From Candidatus Hodarchaeota archaeon (GTDB lineage: Archaea > Asgardarchaeota > Lokiarchaeia > Sigyniarchaeales > SOKP01), in NCBI GenBank assembly GCA_048886685.1, contig JBHLKM010000007.1, forward strand, positions 32,001 to 96,000: 64,000 nt of DNA, written 5' to 3'. Below are positions 1-10,239 of this stretch, piece after piece. The notes beneath the pieces were generated by a model that was not told where the DNA came from, made no database searches, and saw only the letters and a program-made list of their open reading frames with translations. A program made the translations under genes and the position numbers. The number at the start of each line of letters is the position of its first letter. Within the stretch, counting starts at the first letter, position 1.

Positions 1-62
1 GTTAATTTATCAATTTCCCCTTTTTCTAGATCATCATAGATTTTTTTAGGATTTAAAGCCAT
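1..62 (-). CDS. Partial CDS (5' end only, runs off the window); N-terminus MALNPKKIYDDLEKGEIDKL
   Basis: ATG at 62-60 with an open frame to the window edge; product cannot be determined from 20 codons. Confidence 0.5.
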   Translation of the reverse strand, partial: MALNPKKIYDDLEKGEIDKL

Positions 63-246
63 ACCATCTTAAGATTTAGTATTATCGAATAAACCTAATA
101 ATATTATATATTATTAAATTTTTTCAATCAAAAAAACTCCAATAATTAGGGAGATCCTATTAAATAAAAAGAAATTAAATATTAATAAGAATAGGAAGTA
201 AAAACTTTAATCTATTTTACGTAGTTATAAAGCTGATTATTTTAAA

Positions 247-816
247 ATGAAAGTAATTGGTATAAATGGCAGCCCCAATCCAAGAGGTAATACTTTTCAG
301 TTAATTGAAATGGTTTTTGATGCAATAAAAGAAGTAGATAATGAAGTGCAAACTGAATTAATACAACTAGCCGGAAAAACAATAAATTCATGCTTATCTT
401 GTTATAAATGCTTTAAGAATCAAGATAATAAATGTGTTCAAGAAGATGATCTTAATAAATTATATGTGAAAATGATCGAGGCTGATGCAATTATACTTGG
501 AACACCGGTATATTTTGGGGATGCTACTGGAAAAATAAGATGTTTTATTGAGAGAGCAGGATTTCTCGCTTTGGCAAATAAAAGACCATTAACAAGAAAA
601 ATTGGTGCTATAGTCATAGCAAAAAGAAGGCAAGGTGGAATACAAGCTTTGAATACGATGAATTTCTTTTTTTATATAAGCGGGATGATTATTGTTGGTT
701 ATGCTATGGGAATCGGGACATATCCAGGTGAAGTTCAGGATGATACTGAGGGAAAATCAGATATGAGAATTCTGGGAAAAAATATTATATGGCTTTTAAA
801 TAAACTTCATAGGTAA
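247..816 (+). CDS. Iron-sulfur flavoprotein (Isf) / NADPH-dependent FMN reductase family
   Basis: GSPNPRGNT FMN loop, CLSCYKC...C compact 4Fe-4S motif, ADAIILGTPVY. Confidence 0.9.
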   Translation: MKVIGINGSPNPRGNTFQLIEMVFDAIKEVDNEVQTELIQLAGKTINSCLSCYKCFKNQDNKCVQEDDLNKLYVKMIEADAIILGTPVYFGDATGKIRCFIERAGFLALANKRPLTRKIGAIVIAKRRQGGIQALNTMNFFFYISGMIIVGYAMGIGTYPGEVQDDTEGKSDMRILGKNIIWLLNKLHR

Positions 817-858
817 CTTTTTCTTTTGAAAGTAGATAGAAATAAAAAAAAATGTTGT

Positions 859-1959
859 CTAGTTTAGTTTAGCAACTTCAATTATTGCTTTAGCAATAGC
901 TACTGGTTCGATTTCTTCAATAAAATGTCCAGCTTTTTCAAAAGATTTGATATGTCCCTGAAGCTGAGGTAAATTTTCAACCCATTGTTGCATAACCTCA
1001 TCTTTAGCTGATGGATCCCATTTTCCTATAACAGCCCGAACGTCAATATTTTGTCCGTCAGGCCCCCAAACCTTACTAATATTGTCTTGTATAAAGCGAT
1101 AAAAAGGAGATGTATCGCGTTCCCCGAGGTTGGGTTCCTTGTAGGTATTCCCATGTCCCCAGACTGGTGTCTGAAGCACTAAACGTTTTGAACTTAATAC
1201 ATTTTTATCCGATTGAAATTGTTCTCTGAAGAATTTTTGAACAGGAGTTTCATTCTCTGAAAAACTTCCGGTTTCTCTTGAAGCGGCAAGTAAATTGGGT
1301 AGGGCGGCTATTAATTCTTGTGGATCCTCGGGATTATAAAAAATAGCAAAGGAGGTAAATGCACCCCATAAATTGTTTGGAATAATATTCGGTGTATTAG
1401 CCCATGGAAACTGTTTTAATGGATAATTTTCATAGGTCATACCTGATTTCGGAAATGGGAATACTGTACTATTTAAGATGACAAGGTTGAACACACGATC
1501 GGGCTCTTTTAAAAAAGCCCCGATACCAATTGGACCTCCCCAATCATGAATGATAAGTGTCACTTTCTTTAAATCAAGATGTCTTATTAGTTGGGATAAA
1601 TTATCAGCATGATCCATACAAACCATTTCAAATGAAGCTTGATCAGATAAGCCAAAACCAATATGATCCATTGCTATAATTCTGAACGGTTTTTTGGCAG
1701 TTTTTATAAGATGAGCAATGACATTTCTATATGTATATGAAGATTCAGGATTGCCATGAACAAAAACGATTACCTCTTCGGGATTGCCTTCTCCATGACT
1801 GCTGTCTCTGAAAAATATTTTTTTCCCGGCATCAATTCCTTCTGAAATTTCAAACCAATATCCACAACCTTTTGGATAATAATCAGATGGAATGCTGGTC
1901 ACTGGAGTGTTGCTGGGGATCGATTTTGAATTTGACTTTAAGACTATTTTAATCACCAC
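859..1959 (-). CDS. Alpha/beta hydrolase, haloalkane dehalogenase/OleB-like
   Basis: HGNP oxyanion motif, DHIGFGLSD, HDWGG nucleophile elbow, AGHF catalytic His. Confidence 0.85.
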   Translation of the reverse strand: MVIKIVLKSNSKSIPSNTPVTSIPSDYYPKGCGYWFEISEGIDAGKKIFFRDSSHGEGNPEEVIVFVHGNPESSYTYRNVIAHLIKTAKKPFRIIAMDHIGFGLSDQASFEMVCMDHADNLSQLIRHLDLKKVTLIIHDWGGPIGIGAFLKEPDRVFNLVILNSTVFPFPKSGMTYENYPLKQFPWANTPNIIPNNLWGAFTSFAIFYNPEDPQELIAALPNLLAASRETGSFSENETPVQKFFREQFQSDKNVLSSKRLVLQTPVWGHGNTYKEPNLGERDTSPFYRFIQDNISKVWGPDGQNIDVRAVIGKWDPSAKDEVMQQWVENLPQLQGHIKSFEKAGHFIEEIEPVAIAKAIIEVAKLN

Positions 1960-1988
1960 TTATTAATTCAACTTAATTAAAAAAAAAG

Positions 1989-3836
1989 TTAGAATCCCCC
2001 GTAGCTTTGACCTCTTATATTGTTTAGAACGATCTCATCTAATTCGCATAGTTTCTTAGTGGATTTGACTCTGTACTTATAATTCAAGTACTTGTTTATG
2101 AGTTTATATTTTAAATTACTCCTTCTCATATCTTTTCTGACCTGTTTCGGAATTTTATTTGGATATTCAGTAATATAGGGGATATCATCATCTTTTATGG
2201 TTTTATCCTTGTTATAGAGATATCGCTTAGCGGGTTCTTCTCTAGGTTTTCTACCAAATGGATCAAATAGGTGTTTCATCTTGAAATTCACAGCAGCCTG
2301 TTCAATATTTCTGCTAATCATTTCCATCATTGGAGTAGGTTCACCAATAAGATCTCTAAATCTTTCGTCTGCTTTATAAACTCTTCTCCTTACAACTCCA
2401 TTAGGAGCAAAACGATCCATTGCCCCTAACATACTCCATGATATAGCGGAACTCCGTTTAAACAATTGAGATCTATGCTCCTGCATTAGAGCATTATCAG
2501 AATTCAAACAATATTCATAACCATTAAGAGTAACTTCTAGTCTTCTTAACATTGATGGACCCCACGTTTTGTACATCAAATCGTACCCATATTCTGTCAG
2601 ATTCAATGTTTCATGAGTTTCTAAAGAAATATTTTTCTGTGCTCCACTCCAGAAATGTACGTCTTCCCAAGGCACTTCACATACTCTTCCCTGTTCCCTA
2701 AGCTTACGCCATAATTCAGTTCCGGGGAACGGACTTAAGCGGGTTAATTGTTGATAAGTAGGTTTACACGCAATAAAATAATTAAGATCTTCATACATAT
2801 TAGCATGATTATGATAATCCCAACCACATATCCATGCTCCAAGAGTACGAATTCCCATTGAATGAAGTTTATGAAAAACATCTCTAGCATCAGCTTCTTT
2901 TACTTTCCGGTAGCCATGTTCTCCTGCAAATTTAGATTCTACACCAATGAATACCGCACCCATTCCTGTTTCAGGAATGGCATCCCATCCATAATTACTA
3001 GCGAAATGATATACAAAATCTACCGACCCAAAACCTGTCCAGTCAACATTTTCTACAAGATCTAAATTATTCATCCATTTTTCCTTGGTTTTCACCATCC
3101 ATCTTGGGTGACGAAAATGGTCTTCTTCGATTACAAAGATTGATGAAAGCTGTTTAAAGTGTTTACGATAAAGCTCAACATGGTCAACAAAATCTTCGGG
3201 TGAGAGAATTTCAATTCGTTTCTTTCCAAACATTTCAGTTGTTGAACAAAAATCACATCCGCCAGGGCATCCCAATCCTGTTACAAGAAATCCAAGACCA
3301 CCTCTAGGGTATTTATTGAGAAAAGGAGGAGCTCCACCGCACTTAGGCATTAGTTTTTGTTGGATGGGACGATTTGCGTCCTCCCCAAGCAAATTACGAA
3401 GGAATTCTACTCCTTCACCCACAACTACATGATCTACATACTTCTTTTTAGTTTCCTCATCATATTGTGCGGCAAAAGCTTGAGCGCCATAACTTCCTAG
3501 AAGAATTGTTGTCTCTGGAGATTTTTCTCGTATATATTTACACATTTTCATAACCATGTCAAGGTGTACAGGAAATGCACTTATTCCAATATACGCATAT
3601 TGTTTATCTACCTCTTCAGTGAAATTATTCCAGCGCGGATACTCAAGTAAAGTTGCAGGAGTATTAACATTTTGCGCTAAAATGTGATTTGCATAACAGT
3701 GGGTATGAGAAACAAGAGAAAAAATATCATCTCCGTGAGTGAATCGTTGTCCAGTGGCATCTGTGAGGCTATCATTCGCAGGGAGCGAGGGGTAAGGATA
3801 ACATGGGGTTGTTAACAAAATTCGATCTGTAATCAT
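1989..3836 (-). CDS. Cobalamin-binding-domain radical SAM protein
   Basis: N-terminal B12-binding-like domain (IGISAF...ILLGSYGA...DHVVVGEG), CPGGCDFC, IGVES, PFPGTELW. Confidence 0.85.
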   Translation of the reverse strand: MITDRILLTTPCYPYPSLPANDSLTDATGQRFTHGDDIFSLVSHTHCYANHILAQNVNTPATLLEYPRWNNFTEEVDKQYAYIGISAFPVHLDMVMKMCKYIREKSPETTILLGSYGAQAFAAQYDEETKKKYVDHVVVGEGVEFLRNLLGEDANRPIQQKLMPKCGGAPPFLNKYPRGGLGFLVTGLGCPGGCDFCSTTEMFGKKRIEILSPEDFVDHVELYRKHFKQLSSIFVIEEDHFRHPRWMVKTKEKWMNNLDLVENVDWTGFGSVDFVYHFASNYGWDAIPETGMGAVFIGVESKFAGEHGYRKVKEADARDVFHKLHSMGIRTLGAWICGWDYHNHANMYEDLNYFIACKPTYQQLTRLSPFPGTELWRKLREQGRVCEVPWEDVHFWSGAQKNISLETHETLNLTEYGYDLMYKTWGPSMLRRLEVTLNGYEYCLNSDNALMQEHRSQLFKRSSAISWSMLGAMDRFAPNGVVRRRVYKADERFRDLIGEPTPMMEMISRNIEQAAVNFKMKHLFDPFGRKPREEPAKRYLYNKDKTIKDDDIPYITEYPNKIPKQVRKDMRRSNLKYKLINKYLNYKYRVKSTKKLCELDEIVLNNIRGQSYGGF

Positions 3837-4081
3837 AATTTAATCCTTTTTTTAATATTTTTCAAAATTTAAATTATTTATTGTAGTCCTCTTTATTAAT
3901 CACAATTTATCTGATTGTATATATAAATTTTGTCGATTTAAACCTTAAGCATTAAATAATTCAAGCGTTTTGTGAGATATAACTCTATAAATAACTTCTT
4001 ATTGTTTTTCACTTTAGACATTTGAAAATATGTTTTACTAAAAAAATCTCTATAGAAATTAGATTAATTAAAAGCGTTGAG

Positions 4082-4900
4082 TTACTTCTTTTCAGAATTT
4101 TTTATTTGTTTTGTTAATTCTTCCACCTTTTTTTCTAATGTCTTGATTGTCTTCTTCAATTCTTCTTCTGTTTGTATTCTTTCTAATGTATTAGTAAAAG
4201 TAGCAACCATATACATGGGGGAGATTTGAAAGGCGTGAACTTCAAAAGCTCCTTTTATTTCGCCATGTTCATAATCAAATCTGTTTGTCTTCCAGTCTTT
4301 TCCTTCAGCAGCAGCCTCACGGTATCGATCTGGAATTTCTGACTCTATCAAAGGCGGAAATGCTTCTTCAATAGTTTTACCTACAAATTGCATGTTATCA
4401 ACCTTAAGAATTTCGTCAGCAGCAGGATTAGCACCTATAAAAACTAGTCGCCCATCTTCAAATAAATGATACATATGAATACCAATTGGAATTGAATTAA
4501 AGAGATTTAATAAATTTTCTTGCGATTCTCTTAGTTTTTCTTCCGTTTCCTTGATATCTGTGACATCTTCACCTGAACTCAAAGAAGCAACAATAATTCC
4601 ATCATCGTCATATAATAGTGCATTATGCCAGGAGATCATCCTAATGTCACCCCTTTTAGTTATTATTGGATTATTATAATATTCAAAAGGTTCTACATCT
4701 CCATTGATTATCGCTTTAAATACATTTTTAAGCTCTTCCTTATTCTCTTTAGGAATGCATACATCAAACCAATTCTTTCCTATTAACTCGCCCTCATCAT
4801 AATGAAGAATTTCGTAGCCTTTTTTATTTAATAGAGTAATGTTACCCTCTCTATTTAATGCTACAAGGATAACCCCAGCTAAATCTAAATAGTTTTTCAA
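4082..4900 (-). CDS. Tandem PAS/PAC sensor protein with C-terminal coiled coil and no output domain
   Basis: PAS motifs (ALNREGNITLLN...ELIGKNWF...RMISWHN...SSGEDVT; second PAS ANPAADEIL). Start may be ATT at 4933, after AGGTGA at 4946-4941. Confidence 0.85.
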   Translation of the reverse strand: MKNYLDLAGVILVALNREGNITLLNKKGYEILHYDEGELIGKNWFDVCIPKENKEELKNVFKAIINGDVEPFEYYNNPIITKRGDIRMISWHNALLYDDDGIIVASLSSGEDVTDIKETEEKLRESQENLLNLFNSIPIGIHMYHLFEDGRLVFIGANPAADEILKVDNMQFVGKTIEEAFPPLIESEIPDRYREAAAEGKDWKTNRFDYEHGEIKGAFEVHAFQISPMYMVATFTNTLERIQTEEELKKTIKTLEKKVEELTKQIKNSEKK

Positions 4901-5141
4901 CTTATCTTTAGATCTCTCTGTTGGCTCTTGAATTATTGTTTCACCTTTTATAGTAATAACTTAATTAACCAATATGGTTTTTTACTATTTACAATATTGT
5001 TAACGAGTTTTTAAACGTTTGCTAGATGATATTAGTGTATAATCATAATATCTGTTATATTGAGCCTTCTTAAAAAAGTGAAAATAATATAAAATATAAT
5101 ATTTTTAATCCCAGAAATTAGTATAGATTTAAGTCGTCAAA

Positions 5142-5708
5142 ATGTCATTGGTCATTGAAAATTTAAAAGAAGCAATTAATGGGGAGAGTAATGCGAAACG
5201 AAAATATGAATTTTATGCTCAAAAAGCTAAAGAAGAAAATCTTCCTGAAGTTGCTCATTTGTTTAAAGCTATATCAATAACAGAAGCAATTCATATCAAA
5301 AATCATGTAAGAGCTCTCCAAGTTCTAATCAATAGAGAGGTAAAGATTGAAGATTTCATCGATGTGAACGAAGTCGCTTTAAAAGACAATGTTAAAGATA
5401 CTAAATCAAATCTACTTGATGCCATAAATGGAGAAACTTATGAAACTAAACAAATGTATAAATTATTCCTTAAAAACTCGAAGAAAGAAGGAAATGATGT
5501 TGCTGAGCTATCTTTTTCATTAGCGAGAAAAGTGGAGAAAGTTCATGCTGGAATTTGTAGTAAATATTTGTAACAACTTGAGAAAAATGAAAATATAGAG
5601 AAAAGAAAAGTTTTTGTATGTCAAATCTGTGGCAATGTAGAATTTGATGTTCCCCCACAGGTATGCAATCTCTGTGATCATAACCAGAAATTTTTTAATG
5701 AAGTTTAA
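5142..5708 (+). pseudogene. rbr: Rubrerythrin interrupted by an in-frame TAA before its rubredoxin-like domain
   Basis: Di-iron motifs (GESNA...EAIH; GETYE...EKVH); after TAA 5571-5573 the same frame encodes ...VCQICGN...VCNLCDH... up to TAA 5706-5708. Confidence 0.85.
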
Positions 5709-6415
5709 GCAGTAGCAATTAGTTGATCGAGCACAGTTCCTATTCCAAATGAAGCGAGAAAAGCCACTATTCCGATTGATACCATCTCTAAACCACTCCT
5801 GATTTTATGTTCTCCTGTAATCTTCGTTTTTAAAGCCCCTACAATAAATAACATTGAAAATGAGATAATAGAAGATAGAACTAAAGATACTAATCCCAAG
5901 TCGAATAGATAAGCAAATAATGTCAAAAAAGAACCAAAAACAAATGCAAAAAAAGTTAATATCGCTCCTATTATAGAATTCTCCGGTTCCTCTAATCCTA
6001 ATTCACTTTTAGTTAAGAAATCTATCCATACCTGTTTATTTGAAGTTATAGATTCTACACAGGCATCTAGTGTTTGTCCTTTCATACCCATTTTTTCAAA
6101 AATATCTCTAACTTCCTGCTTCTCTTCCTCAGGAAAGAGTTCAATTTCAGCTCTTTCTCTTTTTAATTCATTTTTAATATAATTATATTCTGATTTGCTC
6201 GAAATATATTCACCAAGTCCCATACTAATTGCTCCAGAAACCATTGCCGCAAATCCAGTTATCAAGACAATAGCATTATTACCAGTTGAAGCCAATGTTG
6301 CAGCTGCTACACCAACTAATAATGTAAATGTTGAAATTAAACCATCATTTAATCCTAAAATAATACTTCGGATCTTTCCGCCCCCTGTAATATGTTCTTC
6401 TTGTTTAGAACTCAT
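5705..6415 (-). CDS. VIT1/CCC1 family Fe/Mn transporter
   Basis: ILGLNDGLIS, GAISMGLGEYIS, five hydrophobic segments. Confidence 0.92.
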   Translation of the reverse strand: MSSKQEEHITGGGKIRSIILGLNDGLISTFTLLVGVAAATLASTGNNAIVLITGFAAMVSGAISMGLGEYISSKSEYNYIKNELKRERAEIELFPEEEKQEVRDIFEKMGMKGQTLDACVESITSNKQVWIDFLTKSELGLEEPENSIIGAILTFFAFVFGSFLTLFAYLFDLGLVSLVLSSIISFSMLFIVGALKTKITGEHKIRSGLEMVSIGIVAFLASFGIGTVLDQLIATA

Positions 6416-6541
6416 CTTAAATCACCATAAAATATAAACAGAAATAATAATAAACTATCTAAAAAATCTATTATTGAAAAAAATTACTTAATTACTTTAG
6501 ATTATATTTAATCCAAAAAAGAAAAAATTCCCGTCTTTAAA

Positions 6542-7630
6542 ATGAGTGATTTAGATATAAAAGAGATTAAAGAGTTACTGGAAGAATTCCCATTATTTCA
6601 AGATAAAGAGATTATTTCAAAATTTATAGTAGGGGAAAAACTTTCTCAGAGAGAAATTCTACGTGCTCTTCATATGTCATTTCCACTCTTTACCCTCGTT
6701 ATATTGAATAAACGATTTGAAATGAATAAACAAATCGCTGAAAATGAGTGGTCTAAAGCTAAAATTCAGAAATTAAATAATGTGGGAGCGGTTAAAAAGT
6801 TAACGATTATACCACTAATCGATTTCCATGCAGAAGGTAATTTTTCTATAGAAAAAGGTGTTTCTTATTTTATTAAAGCTGATGAAATTGGTTTATTATT
6901 TGATACAGGCTTAAATTCTGAAGATGAACACCCTTCTCCACTTCTCAAGAACATGGAAGCTTTAAGAATCTCCCCAGAGGACTTTAACTACATTTTCATT
7001 TCCCATTTACATGGTGATCATGTAGGCGGCGCTAAATGGGCTAGAAATAGCACTTTCTCACTTTCAGGCACACAACAAAATTTAAGTCATGTGAATGTAT
7101 TTAGCCCAGTTTCAATGAACCACCCAACTGCTACTGTCAACCAAGTGAAAGGTCCTACTATTATAGCTAATGGTATTGCCTCCATAGGATCGATTCAGAG
7201 TCCTATGTTTTTCTTTGGACAAACTTTCGAACAAGCCTTAGCAATAAACGTAGAGGGAAAAGGTATAGTAGTTGTTGTAGGCTGTGGACATCAAGGAATC
7301 CAAAAAATTATTGACCGCGTTGAAGCTCTTTTTGATGTTCCCATTTATGGAATTATAGGAGGGTTACATTTTCCAATCCCAGAATTTCCAGGTGAGGATA
7401 TCACTTGGTCTGGATTGCCTATTTTTAAGTTTGTTATGACAAGAAGACCCCCATGGGAACCATGGCATAACAATGATAGAGATTTTGCATTAGATTACCT
7501 TAAAGCTAGAAATCTTAAACTTGTATCATTATCTCCTCATGATAGTAGTATGGAGAGTATCCTTGCTTTTGGGGAGACTTTCAAAGAAGCTTATACTGAA
7601 ATAAAGGTTGGTAAGACTATCAATATATAA
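6542..7630 (+). CDS. MBL-fold metallo-hydrolase
   Basis: LFDTG, SHLHGDHVGG, GCGH, GGLH motifs. Confidence 0.85.
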   Translation: MSDLDIKEIKELLEEFPLFQDKEIISKFIVGEKLSQREILRALHMSFPLFTLVILNKRFEMNKQIAENEWSKAKIQKLNNVGAVKKLTIIPLIDFHAEGNFSIEKGVSYFIKADEIGLLFDTGLNSEDEHPSPLLKNMEALRISPEDFNYIFISHLHGDHVGGAKWARNSTFSLSGTQQNLSHVNVFSPVSMNHPTATVNQVKGPTIIANGIASIGSIQSPMFFFGQTFEQALAINVEGKGIVVVVGCGHQGIQKIIDRVEALFDVPIYGIIGGLHFPIPEFPGEDITWSGLPIFKFVMTRRPPWEPWHNNDRDFALDYLKARNLKLVSLSPHDSSMESILAFGETFKEAYTEIKVGKTINI

Positions 7631-7638
7631 TTATTAAA

Positions 7639-8709
7639 TTGATGACATTTATGAAAAACAAAATAATGGATAGAGAAATAACTCAACGGAAAAATAAGCT
7701 ATTTTCTAAATTGGCTTTTGCGGCAAAAGAAGCTAAGGATAGTGGAGGGAAACCATTTATTTTCCATTTTCTTACTACGTTACGATGTAATTGTGATTGT
7801 GAGTCTTGTCTCTGGAAAGATAACTCTGCTAAAAATGAATTATCGCTTGAAGAAATAAAGCGTATTTATTTAGAAGCTAGGGATGCTGGGTTTTTTATAA
7901 CCATTCTTTGGGGTGGTGAGCCTACAGTCCGTCGAGATATTACAGCAATTATAAAATTTATTAAACATGAAGCCAAATTTGCCTTTATAGGAATGGTTAC
8001 TAATGGTTATCTTATTCCTAACCGGATCTCCGAATTTGGAAATGATCTTGACCTTATTCTTATGTCTCTTGATTCTCCCATACAAGAAGAGCATGATCAA
8101 ATTAGAGTTTTGCCTGGATTGTATGAGAAGATAATGGAATCTGTCAATTTAATTAAAAGTGGTTATCCCCATATCTCTTTACAATTCAGTTTTTCTATTA
8201 GCAAATATAACATTCATCGTGTAGATGAGATGATAACACTCGGGGATAAATTGGAGGTTCCCATAGCATTTAATGTGATAAATACAGTACGCCATTATTC
8301 AACCGGGGATGTAGATGAAAAAGGACAACTTTCCGCGACTAGCCAAGAAATAAGTAATACCTTCTCAAGAATATTGGAATCAAAAAGGAATGGCTCTCAT
8401 ATACTAAATTCAGAAATGTATTTGAAACATTTTATTGGCGGGAAAAAATCTTATCGATGTCATGCCAGAAAGGTCTTCATGTATGTTAATTCCAATGGTG
8501 ATATTGAAGATTGTTTAAGATTAGATAACCCAATCGCTAATCTACGAGAAATATCCGTTAAAGAGGCTATGAATTTACCACGATTTCAGCAATATCTAAA
8601 AGATACAGAAAACTGCGATAGCTGTAATTCTCCTACAATGATCGATACGAGTTATGTGTGGGAAGATTGGAGTTTAATAACGAAATCAGGAGGAATTACT
8701 TTTGGTTAA
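7639..8709 (+). CDS. Radical SAM protein with SPASM/Twitch-like C-terminus
   Basis: CNCDCESC, GGEP, TNG, C-terminal Cys residues (CHA...C...CDSC). Confidence 0.88.
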   Translation: MMTFMKNKIMDREITQRKNKLFSKLAFAAKEAKDSGGKPFIFHFLTTLRCNCDCESCLWKDNSAKNELSLEEIKRIYLEARDAGFFITILWGGEPTVRRDITAIIKFIKHEAKFAFIGMVTNGYLIPNRISEFGNDLDLILMSLDSPIQEEHDQIRVLPGLYEKIMESVNLIKSGYPHISLQFSFSISKYNIHRVDEMITLGDKLEVPIAFNVINTVRHYSTGDVDEKGQLSATSQEISNTFSRILESKRNGSHILNSEMYLKHFIGGKKSYRCHARKVFMYVNSNGDIEDCLRLDNPIANLREISVKEAMNLPRFQQYLKDTENCDSCNSPTMIDTSYVWEDWSLITKSGGITFG

Positions 8710-8756
8710 CTACACAAATTTAAAATCTCACATTAATAATAAATGGTGGAAGGTTA

Positions 8757-9590
8757 ATGTCTGAAATTATCACTAAAACACTTCAATCAGATGTTGGTAA
8801 GTTAGTGTATTACAAACTAGTCGGTCACAATAAAGATGTAGTTATTATTTATATTCATGGCTTAGCTCCTATATCTTATCTCTTTGTAAAAGTGTTTGCT
8901 GAACAATACCATGAATATTCTCTTTTTGAATATTCATTTCTAATCCCTAACCTAATAGGATTCGGTGAATCTGAAAAACCCGATAATCTGGACATATATA
9001 CTGTAGAAAAACAAGGTCAATGTCTATATGATCTTTTACTCTCAGAAAATGTCAGTAATGTAATCATAATGGGTATCTCCATGGGAGGTCCAGTCGCGAT
9101 ATCTCTTATAGATAAAATAAAAAATCAAAAAAATAGCAAAATCAAAGTAAAAGGATTATTTTATCTTGAAGGGAATCTTGATATAAATGATGCCTTTTTT
9201 ACCTCGATAATAGTTAAACATACATTCGAACAATTCAAGGAACAGTATAACTCGTGGGTTGATAATTTAATTAAAATGTCGAAACCAGAAGATGAAGAAT
9301 ATTTGGAGGGTTTCCGTGAAATGGGCCCCTATCCAACCTGGGGAATGTCTTATGATTTAGTTAAATTGTCAGAAAGTAATCAGTTGTTACCTCATCTTCA
9401 ACAATTAAGTGATTTTCCTATGTATTTTGTTTTTGGGGAAAAGAATAAAGGAAGGTTTACCTCAGAATCTCTAGTTAAAAACGCAAATCTACCTGTTATT
9501 TACATCCCTAACGCAGGACATTCAATGCGGCAGGATAATCCAGAAGGCTTCTGGAAAATTACGAAAGAATTGTTTAAAAATTGTCTTTGA
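8757..9590 (+). CDS. Alpha/beta hydrolase
   Basis: IHGL, LIGFGES, GISMGG nucleophile, AGH. Confidence 0.85.
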   Translation: MSEIITKTLQSDVGKLVYYKLVGHNKDVVIIYIHGLAPISYLFVKVFAEQYHEYSLFEYSFLIPNLIGFGESEKPDNLDIYTVEKQGQCLYDLLLSENVSNVIIMGISMGGPVAISLIDKIKNQKNSKIKVKGLFYLEGNLDINDAFFTSIIVKHTFEQFKEQYNSWVDNLIKMSKPEDEEYLEGFREMGPYPTWGMSYDLVKLSESNQLLPHLQQLSDFPMYFVFGEKNKGRFTSESLVKNANLPVIYIPNAGHSMRQDNPEGFWKITKELFKNCL

Positions 9591-9662
9591 AGGAATCCTT
9601 TAATAATTCTTATATTTAATAAAGAAAAAATAAAAATATAGTTTCTTTTGGTAAAAATTAAA

Positions 9663-10112
9663 TCAATTCTCCTTCTTCATTTCTTTAATAACTTTATCTC
9701 TGTCTTCAACTTTAAGCTCAAGTATTATTCTGCCCCATCCTCCACATTTTAATCCTATATCAAAACAACCAACTCTTTTAATTCTCATTTCATTAGGATC
9801 AACATCAGCATAGAATAGTTCTTGAGCTGCAAAAATTAATCGCTCCATCTCGCTCAATGCATAAATACAAACACGCTTAGGGTTTAATTTGGTAAGTAGA
9901 TTTCCTGGACCATCGAAGTAAAATTTATCACCAGCTTTATGTAAACTGGCACATCCATGTGAATCTACAACTTCAATTATAATCGTTTTTTGTAATAAAG
10001 CAGGGATTTTCAAAATAGCTTCTTTATTTCTAGGATTTTTCAACCAAAGTTCCATTTCTTCATCTGAGTATCCTAATTGACTTTTGATAAAGTTAAGAGT
10101 TTCTTTAGACAT
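9663..10112 (-). CDS. Conserved Cys-containing hypothetical protein (TIGR04076-like)
   Basis: EVVDSHGC...HKAGDKF...VCIYAL...GCFD pattern. Confidence 0.55.
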   Translation of the reverse strand: MSKETLNFIKSQLGYSDEEMELWLKNPRNKEAILKIPALLQKTIIIEVVDSHGCASLHKAGDKFYFDGPGNLLTKLNPKRVCIYALSEMERLIFAAQELFYADVDPNEMRIKRVGCFDIGLKCGGWGRIILELKVEDRDKVIKEMKKEN

Positions 10113-10239
10113 AATTATTTTTTCCCTCTATCATTTTAATTTATGTCTAATCAATGATTGCAGAACATATATTACTTTTTGATTGACTTATCAATTTAAT
10201 AAAAAAGATAAATAAATAAGAATTTCAGACTTAGTTACT

